6,001 bases of DNA from a virus, in the IMG/VR virus record IMGVR_UViG_3300020030_000117, positions 1 through 6,001 of that record; one strand, 5' to 3'. The notes beneath the pieces are model-generated. The model was not told the origin of the DNA and made no database searches. It worked only from the letters and a program-made list of their open reading frames with translations. A program made the translations under genes and the position numbers. Of this stretch, positions 1 to 4,850 are shown piece after piece (the stretch's first letter is position 1; each line of letters opens with the position of its first letter).

Positions 1-121
1 GCCTGCTTAGCCATCTGTTCAAGAGCGTACTGCTGCTGAAGGGCCATAGCCTTTTTTTGATACTTCCACTGACGACGGGCATTCATGCCGGCAAAAAGCT
101 GACCGATAGTGCCGGAAATGA
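1..121. repeat. Left copy of a direct terminal repeat, identical to 5881..6001. Indicates a circular or concatemeric 5,880-nt unit.
   Basis: Direct comparison of lines 1-120 with 5881-6000 shows every base identical, and base 121 (a) equals base 6001 (a). The repeat runs to the right window edge, so its true length is at least 121 nt. Confidence 0.97.
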
Positions 122-197
122 GACCGGAAGATCCAGTTTGAGCAGCACCTTGAAGCAATTGACCACCAAAGGAAGGGGAAGGGACGGGGGTAGGCAT
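1..197 (-). CDS. VP2: 5' end of the VP2 minor capsid / DNA pilot gene (first 65 codons). It continues leftward off the window, equivalent to continuing at 5880 in the circular unit.
   Basis: ATG at 197..195 (minus) reads MPTPVPSPSFGGQLLQGAAQTGSSGLISGTIGQLFAG and then runs in frame into MNARRQWKYQKK, the start of the 371-aa track ORF. An in-frame TAA at 212..210 lies upstream, so 197 is the first possible ATG. A Gly/Ser-rich N-terminus is typical of microvirus VP2. Confidence 0.8.
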   Translation of the reverse strand, partial: MPTPVPSPSFGGQLLQGAAQTGSSGLISGTIGQLFAGMNARRQWKYQKKAMALQQQYALEQMAKQ

Positions 198-199
198 AA

Positions 200-397
200 C
201 TAAGGACGTTTAAAATTACCTATTTGCTCGTACGTGATAGTAGTTCGGGTGGTGTCACCAGACTTGACGGAAGACGCCGACTGGACGACGTAATGTCGTG
301 CCGTACACGATTCGAGGAAAAAAGCCGCAAAGGCAGCCACGATTGCCGCAACCAGCGTCCAAAACTTTTTGGAATGTAATAAATTCTTGCCAGTCAT
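200..397 (-). CDS. Small (65 aa) membrane-anchored or lipoprotein-like protein of unknown function.
   Basis: ATG at 397, TAG at 202..200. The order is a basic N-terminus (KNLLHSKK), a 16-residue hydrophobic stretch WTLVAAIVAAFAAFFL (nt 314..361), then E-S-C (Cys31, nt 305..307), then a polar Ser/Thr-rich tail. This is signal-anchor or lipobox-like. The stop is 2 nt from the VP2 ATG (TAGTTATG), suggesting coupled expression. Confidence 0.6.
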   Translation of the reverse strand: MTGKNLLHSKKFWTLVAAIVAAFAAFFLESCTARHYVVQSASSVKSGDTTRTTITYEQIGNFKRP

Positions 398-436
398 TTT
401 TAAGTCTTTTTTAAAAGCTAAAGAACGATAGAAAAA

Positions 437-510
437 TGCGCGGCCACTCCGGCAGTCATTACCATTAATCCTTCAACAATTCACACACTCTTGCCGAAGG
501 GGTCCGCGCA
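437..510. repeat. Nested inverted repeat (imperfect long hairpin) inside the 231-nt non-coding region.
   Basis: TGCGCGG (437..443) pairs perfectly with CCGCGCA (504..510), 7 bp. Inside it, CGGCA (450..454) pairs with TGCCG (492..496), 5 bp. The apical 37 nt are AT-rich with CATTA x2 and a CACACAC run. Confidence 0.5.
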
Positions 511-571
511 CGTAGCATATATCGTCAAGTAAAGAGGGTACTATTTTTCTTCAAAAGTTAGTATCTTAAGG

Positions 572-604
572 GGTGAGTGGAGACATAAATGCCTCACACT
601 CACC
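572..604 (-). other. Stem-loop just downstream (minus sense) of the ORF103 stop. Could be an RNA 3'-end or ssDNA structural element.
   Basis: GGTGAGTG (572..579) pairs with CACTCACC (597..604), 8 bp. GAG (580..582) pairs with CTC (593..595) across a 1-nt bulge at A596. The loop is 10 nt. No U/T tract follows directly on either strand. Confidence 0.5.
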
Positions 605-628
605 TCTTTGCGGGTGGCCAGAACGGGG

Positions 629-940
629 TCACTTACCATCACCTTCGGTGCTGGTGGCCGCAGGCTTCGCCTGCCCGTTCTTACCCGAATCAAGAGTAGA
701 ATCGATGAGTTCTTGTCCTACTTCGAGACCATCGAACTTATCCATACGGGAAAAGCTGTTAGGATCGAAATCCAGATCAGGATTAAACTGATCGCCTTTA
801 TCCCAATCGGACTGAGAGGCTTCAATATCAGGACGACCAGGGAGAAGGTCGACCGAGCCTGTTCCATCGAGAACCGACATAATACGCTGACCACGCGAAA
901 TGTACTGCGGAGGGTCTTCAAGTAACCAATCAAGCGGCAT
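629..940 (-). CDS. Acidic 103-aa protein of unknown function, possibly scaffolding-like or disordered.
   Basis: ATG at 940, 12 nt after the VP1 TAA; TGA at 631..629. By my count: 16 Asp + 5 Glu versus 4 Arg + 5 Lys. Low-complexity D/P/S/G-rich sequence. It is co-oriented and tightly placed behind VP1. Confidence 0.6.
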   Translation of the reverse strand: MPLDWLLEDPPQYISRGQRIMSVLDGTGSVDLLPGRPDIEASQSDWDKGDQFNPDLDFDPNSFSRMDKFDGLEVGQELIDSTLDSGKNGQAKPAATSTEGDGK

Positions 941-948
941 AATATCAA
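940..948 (-). promoter_or_regulatory. Candidate viral-strand origin core: TTGATATTA on the minus strand, matching 9 nt of the phiX174 origin around the protein A nick site.
   Basis: The minus strand reads TAATTTATTGATATTATGCC across the VP1/ORF103 spacer. As I recall it, the phiX174 origin is CAACTTGATATTAATAAC..., nicked between G and A of CTTG/ATA. TTGATATTA is shared. I found only 7-nt partial copies elsewhere in the window. Confidence 0.25.
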
Positions 949-952
949 TAAA

Positions 953-2794
953 TTAACGATTAGACAAACGAGTTGCAAAAGTCTTGTTAACGAGATTCTT
1001 TTTGCGAATACTGTACGAAAGATTCACGAAGAAGTTATCCTCGACGTTGGAATTGAAGGGTGAATTGGCCTGAGAAAGATCGACGAACAACATGGGATAA
1101 TAGCGATCAGCCGTATTGGTTCCGGTAAAAGAGGTAACCATCCGCTGCTGAACCCAATAAGAATAAAGAGGCCGGGTATCAGAGTTGTTGACGGCTACGG
1201 AACCAGCAACAGCCGAAATCTGACCAAGAACCTCGTCGTAAGAACTTCTGAATTCATTGAAACACGGCTCGCGGGACAGAACGCCATTAACAGCGCCGTT
1301 AGTCACATTCGGGTTAAGAAGAGTAATATAGGGCACATCCTGATATCCAATATCATTATAGATAGGATTAAAGTAGTCGGAACCCTGATAGTTAAGATAA
1401 TCGGGAGTAACAGAACACCAATAATACACGGGACGAATACTGAGCATATCAATCAGATAGCCGGGCTCACGGAAATAATAGGACTGACTGCGGCCGAGCT
1501 GAGCATTAAACGCAATAGTGCCACCCTGTTGTCCAAGAGGTTGGGCAGAATACTCCTGACTGAAATTATTTACACCCGACTGATTCATCACAACTTGGAC
1601 ATTCACGGTCTGCGAAGCGGCAAAAAGCAACTTGGGACGATCAACGTGTTCAATTTTTGAGGCAAAAAATGTCTCAAGCCAATCCGAATAACGACTACCG
1701 CCAGCACCGAGAAGATCCTTGTATTCCTGCAAACGGGAGGCGATAGCAAGCTGGGGAATAGTCGAGATGCCGGACATAGAAACGGCGTCATTAGACCCAT
1801 TGGGTAAAAGGCGACTGAACCGATCAGGATTCGAAGGTACGACGGCCATAGGATGAGCACAACGGAAAATACTCTGCATTGAACCCCCGGTGGCTGATCC
1901 GGGTGTAATGGAAGTCTGAGAAGTTGGGGCAGGACCGGAAATAGTCACACCATCGTAAGCCGAAACAGGAAAAACCGGAAAGCCATTACCAGCGGCACCA
2001 GTGCCGGTAACTTGGGACTGAAGGTCAGATGCGAGAATTTGGAGGAACAGATTAGAGCGCTGAAAAGTGTTATTGCTCGTATCTACGGAAGCAGGATAAA
2101 ATTGATTCTCAAAGTAAGCGTCGAGATACTCAAGATTGCCATAACGCTGTGTAAAAAACGAAGCTTCGGTATTATAAAACCAATCAAAGGTATATTCATT
2201 AGCGGCATAAGTTTCAAAATTAATACCCCAAGAGGCAGGCCAAGCAAACGAGTAAAGACTCCACTGAGAGTAACCATAATAATTTCGAACAATATCCCAA
2301 TAGGCCAAATAAGTATCAGCATTAGCCCATTGACCTACAGACAACGAATCGGGCAAATCTACGGCACCGAGATCACCAGCGGCGCCTCGAAGGAATGATT
2401 TATTGCCAATACGAAGCCAGAAAAGCAGGGAATTCGAGTAAGCAGCGTCATGGAAAGCGCCAGAAGCCCTCGAGGAGGTAGTAGTGGACAACCAATTCAG
2501 CGATACATTATTCATGTCAAACTTGCTGCTATTTGTCCGCATTTCCGGATGATACAGCTGCATCGGGACCCAGAAACGATGCAATCGTACTGTGTAAGGA
2601 TTAAACGAAGGTACAGCAAGGGGATTCGAACGAACATCAATACCCTGACCGATGGTTACACGATCTCGGGCATTAATAAAATCGATGCGAACAGGGTACA
2701 AGATTCCAGGAGTACAAGTAAAAGCCTTAGACTCCGGGACATCATATCGCGAATAACCATTCACGACATGCGAAATAAAACTTTGTTTAGCCAT
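953..2794 (-). CDS. VP1: Major capsid protein VP1 (Microviridae F-protein family).
   Basis: Uninterrupted 613-aa ORF, ATG 2794 to TAA 955..953. It carries blocks I recognise from microvirus jelly-roll capsid proteins: RLHRFWVPMQLY, YLAYWDIVRNYY, LQEYKDLLGAGGSRYSDWLETFF followed by RPKLL, EPGYLIDMLSIRP, and a C-terminal FATRL. It is the largest gene, as expected for VP1. Confidence 0.95.
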   Translation of the reverse strand: MAKQSFISHVVNGYSRYDVPESKAFTCTPGILYPVRIDFINARDRVTIGQGIDVRSNPLAVPSFNPYTVRLHRFWVPMQLYHPEMRTNSSKFDMNNVSLNWLSTTTSSRASGAFHDAAYSNSLLFWLRIGNKSFLRGAAGDLGAVDLPDSLSVGQWANADTYLAYWDIVRNYYGYSQWSLYSFAWPASWGINFETYAANEYTFDWFYNTEASFFTQRYGNLEYLDAYFENQFYPASVDTSNNTFQRSNLFLQILASDLQSQVTGTGAAGNGFPVFPVSAYDGVTISGPAPTSQTSITPGSATGGSMQSIFRCAHPMAVVPSNPDRFSRLLPNGSNDAVSMSGISTIPQLAIASRLQEYKDLLGAGGSRYSDWLETFFASKIEHVDRPKLLFAASQTVNVQVVMNQSGVNNFSQEYSAQPLGQQGGTIAFNAQLGRSQSYYFREPGYLIDMLSIRPVYYWCSVTPDYLNYQGSDYFNPIYNDIGYQDVPYITLLNPNVTNGAVNGVLSREPCFNEFRSSYDEVLGQISAVAGSVAVNNSDTRPLYSYWVQQRMVTSFTGTNTADRYYPMLFVDLSQANSPFNSNVEDNFFVNLSYSIRKKNLVNKTFATRLSNR

Positions 2795-2813
2795 AAAAAA
2801 AACTAGTTAGGGT

Positions 2814-2884
2814 GGACGGAGCCGACGCGTCGTCCGGTGCATTTCGCTTCGCGAGCACCTCCTACTTCCGCGTCGACCCCGTCC
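2814..2884 (-). other. Three-tier 71-nt hairpin filling the VP4-VP1 intergenic spacer, capped on the minus strand by the GCGAAGC mini-hairpin.
   Basis: Outer stem 2814..2829 / 2869..2884: 14 of 16 positions pair (GGACGGAGCCGACGCG versus the reverse complement GGACGGGGTCGACGCG). Middle stem GGTGC 2836..2840 / GCACC 2855..2859, 5 bp. Apical stem 2844..2847 / 2851..2854, 4 bp, with triloop 2848..2850. The minus strand reads TCGCGAAGCGA, and the apex (2849) sits exactly at the centre of the outer stem. Confidence 0.65.
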
Positions 2885-2889
2885 TGGGT

Positions 2890-3954
2890 TTACGTCAAAG
2901 AGAGGCCGTATAAATCGTACCAGGATTTAATAATATCACGATCAAGCCACGTAGGTGGGTCCATAGCGGGGATAGGTCCGGCCGAAGCAAACTCACGAAA
3001 CTTCTTTAATTCCCATGAATACGTTTCTCGAGAGGATAGGGCGGAAGGCGAAAGGAACCGCTGAACACACAGAGAAGTAACATGACGAACCAGACGAGAC
3101 TTGCTAAAACGTGAATAGGCATCTGAAGAACGAACCGCTCGTATGATTTGATCCGACGGTTGAAGATACCGATTGTAGTATCGAGGGATAGCATAAGAAT
3201 ACGTAGTGCCAGTCTTAAAATCCGTATAATCCCAGGACGAAACAGAAGCAGAAGGAGCACGATGGATACCAAGGTAATCACCGACGCCAGCAGATATGAA
3301 TTTTCGCGTATAACGCTTATGCTCGAGGAGTCGAGCCAAAGGAATAGTCTTTCCATCTATAGTGATATTTTGATCGGCAATCCGGACAGGGTCAAACGCA
3401 ATCTGCTTAGTAACGTATTTGACGACGTATCGAGCACGTTTATGCGTGCCTTTCGCGAGCCATACAAAACCAAGGTCACCAACAGCTTTCCGAATCTCAT
3501 TGTACAAGACATCGGTTCCGAAGAGGAAACCGTGAAAATGAAGGCGAGGATCTGATCCGACTTCCGGATGGGTGCCAAACTCCTGGAAAAATGCATGCTT
3601 AAAGGAATGTCCGAGCTGATGACGCACTCGCTCATTCCATTTTCGTATAAAGCGAGCTGGATCTCGCAATGCTTCTTCATAATATTTGGGAGCAATAGTA
3701 ATAGTAATAAAGATAGCCTGACGACTTTCAGCCTTACAACGAGCAAGCTCGCGTTCAAGGCGAATAAACCAGTCGTTACGAAGCCGACGGAGACAATCCT
3801 CACACTTACCACAAGGGACCATAAGCCACTGACGACCGATATCCCAAGGGGCAAGAGCCAAGGAAGATTTAGCGTAATCAGAATACTCCGAGAAAAACGA
3901 ATCTTTCTGGAAATATCGACGATTGCGGATCCATATGGGGTTCGAACAAGCCAT
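2890..3954 (-). CDS. VP4: Replication initiation protein VP4 (HUH rolling-circle endonuclease, phiX174 protein A-like).
   Basis: 354-aa ORF, ATG 3954 to TAA 2892..2890. N-terminal MACSNPIWIRN and CGKCEDC (res 48-54, nt 3793..3813). Three rolling-circle motifs occur in order: FITITI (res 82-87, nt 3694..3711), HFHGFLF (res 139-145, nt 3520..3540), and YVVKYVTK (res 176-183, nt 3406..3429). The last has the two-tyrosine Y-x-x-x-Y arrangement of phiX174 protein A. Confidence 0.95.
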   Translation of the reverse strand: MACSNPIWIRNRRYFQKDSFFSEYSDYAKSSLALAPWDIGRQWLMVPCGKCEDCLRRLRNDWFIRLERELARCKAESRQAIFITITIAPKYYEEALRDPARFIRKWNERVRHQLGHSFKHAFFQEFGTHPEVGSDPRLHFHGFLFGTDVLYNEIRKAVGDLGFVWLAKGTHKRARYVVKYVTKQIAFDPVRIADQNITIDGKTIPLARLLEHKRYTRKFISAGVGDYLGIHRAPSASVSSWDYTDFKTGTTYSYAIPRYYNRYLQPSDQIIRAVRSSDAYSRFSKSRLVRHVTSLCVQRFLSPSALSSRETYSWELKKFREFASAGPIPAMDPPTWLDRDIIKSWYDLYGLSLT

Positions 3955-4163
3955 CAGAAAAGAGACTGAAGTACATCAAATTTAAAGCGAGGATGATCAG
4001 ATCTCATCCTAGAACAATATTCGATAGCGGGCACCCAGTCAGCGAACCAAGCGACGACACAGCGACGTCTGCCTCGATAATATCCAACCGAGTAGCGAAG
4101 AGGCCTACCCTCAATAAAAGGGCAGGCTTTCGGAGCGTCGTAATAATCCATACTACAATACAT
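3954..4163 (-). CDS. Small basic Cys-containing protein (69 aa from the first ATG) of unknown function.
   Basis: The track ORF (3954..4169) starts at TTG; the first ATG is at 4163. The TGA stop overlaps the VP4 ATG by 1 nt (TGATG at 3956..3952), arguing for translational coupling. 9 Arg + 2 Lys versus 7 acidic residues, a GRRRC patch, 4 Cys. No family recognised. Confidence 0.55.
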   Translation of the reverse strand: MYCSMDYYDAPKACPFIEGRPLRYSVGYYRGRRRCVVAWFADWVPAIEYCSRMRSDHPRFKFDVLQSLF

Positions 4164-4185
4164 TACCAAGAATGGGACGACGGAC

Positions 4186-4210
4186 GACGCGGGTACCGTT
4201 GCTACGCGTC
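4186..4210 (-). other. Short GC-rich hairpin spanning the ORF98 stop codon.
   Basis: GACGCG (4186..4191) pairs with CGCGTC (4205..4210), 6 bp, with a 13-nt loop containing the GGTACC palindrome. The arm sequence also occurs in the VP4-VP1 hairpin. A tandem GGACGAC x2 (4175..4188) runs into the left arm of the stem, sharing 4186..4188. Confidence 0.35.
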
Positions 4211-4498
4211 TTTTTCTTCTTTCGAGACATAGTTTTCAGGTAAAGAGAATACAGCGAAATTCGGATACATTGACATATCGGCACCAGTATTGAGAATAGC
4301 TTTCACGAGTGCAGAAACGTGGGTGGATTCCACGAATGCCTGAGTGCCTAAGAGAGCGGAGATCTGGACATGATCAAGAATGTCCTTAGGGAGGAGGGTG
4401 CAATCGGCAGGATGAAACTGTCCATCAACAATTTCGCCGAAAACGAAGTCAAATACGGCAAGCTGCGGAGCTAAAACACGGATAACGATCTGATACAT
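4202..4498 (-). CDS. Hypothetical 98-aa protein, mildly acidic with a KEEKDA tail.
   Basis: The track ORF starts at TTG 4552, inside the upstream ORF. The first ATG (4498) lies 2 nt after the upstream TGA (TGATTATG), the same junction style as ORF65/VP2. Sequence MYQIVIRVLAPQ...; TAG at 4204..4202. No family recognised. Confidence 0.55.
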   Translation of the reverse strand: MYQIVIRVLAPQLAVFDFVFGEIVDGQFHPADCTLLPKDILDHVQISALLGTQAFVESTHVSALVKAILNTGADMSMYPNFAVFSLPENYVSKEEKDA

Positions 4499-4500
4499 AA

Positions 4501-4779
4501 TCAATAAGTTAATTTTTTGGGAATGTTGAAAAGGTCGAGGACGTCCATCCAATCAGAATCCAAGTCTGCCCAATAGGCGTAACCTTGCGGCGAATTCAAC
4601 CAGGAAAAGGCAGAGGCAAGGAAATACGGCGGGGGCGTACAACTAAAATACGATCGGAGGTCGGAAGCATTAGAAGCGCCGAGAAGTAGACGAAATGAGT
4701 TGTAAGCTTTCCGACGCCTCAAAAACGTACAGAACAGAGAGGGAGCCAGAGGGTGAAAAAGATTAATCGGTCTTGCCAT
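4501..4779 (-). CDS. Hypothetical 92-aa protein with an aromatic/acidic C-terminal segment.
   Basis: The track ORF (117 aa) begins at a TTG overlapping the VP2 stop; the first ATG is at 4779 (MARPINLF...). C-terminal FSWLNSPQGYAYWADLDSDWMDVLDLF is Trp/Tyr/Asp-rich. TGA at 4503..4501. Start choice is uncertain (ATG 4779 versus TTG 4854). Confidence 0.5.
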   Translation of the reverse strand: MARPINLFHPLAPSLFCTFLRRRKAYNSFRLLLGASNASDLRSYFSCTPPPYFLASAFSWLNSPQGYAYWADLDSDWMDVLDLFNIPKKLTY

Positions 4780-4850
4780 AGTGAATGATAGGTTTAATGG
4801 TTTAACGGGACGAATATAGTTCGAAAAACGAAAACTTCCCAAAAAAAATG

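Noticed and set aside
52-58. T7 run (A7 on the coding strand, CAA AAA AAG in VP2; also 5932..5938) as a programmed slippage site.
   Set aside because: No downstream structure and no productive alternative frame. It simply encodes Gln-Lys-Lys.
1-121. Terminal repeats as prophage att sites or transposon ends.
   Set aside because: The repeat lies inside the VP2 coding sequence, and joining the ends restores one continuous gene. This fits circular permutation or assembly overlap, not attL/attR.
572-604. Reading the 11-bp hairpin as a classical rho-independent terminator.
   Set aside because: On the minus strand the stem is followed by CCTTAAGATAC, not a U tract. On the plus strand only TCTTTG follows. 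I kept it as a structural element of unknown role.
572-604. dif-like XerC/XerD site (GGTGAGTGTGA GGCATT TATGTCTCCAC) that could mediate provirus integration.
   Set aside because: Only about 7/11 and 6/11 matches to the E. coli dif arms as I recall them, and no integrase is present. The similarity is too weak to claim without a Bacteroidales dif consensus alignment.
573-925. Plus-strand ORFs of 72 aa (GTG start) and 105 aa.
   Set aside because: They lie antisense to the better-supported ORF103 and the hairpin region. They have no recognisable motifs and low-complexity translations. Every supported gene is on the other strand, as expected for an ssDNA microvirus transcribed from one strand.
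718-978. Minus-strand alternative-frame ORFs 718..978 (86 aa), 1603..1860 (85 aa) and 5750..5962 (70 aa).
   Set aside because: Every same-strand embedded ORF in the track is in the +1 register of its host gene (offsets of 1 modulo 3 by my arithmetic). With T-rich third positions this register has few stops and many hydrophobic codons, so the ORFs are expected by composition. 718..978 also needs a TTG start.
2012-2806. Plus-strand ORFs of 128 aa and 118 aa opposite VP1.
   Set aside because: They are antisense shadows of a long, compositionally biased gene, with basic, Ile/Arg/Ser-rich junk-like sequence. No microvirus is known to encode genes on the complementary strand.
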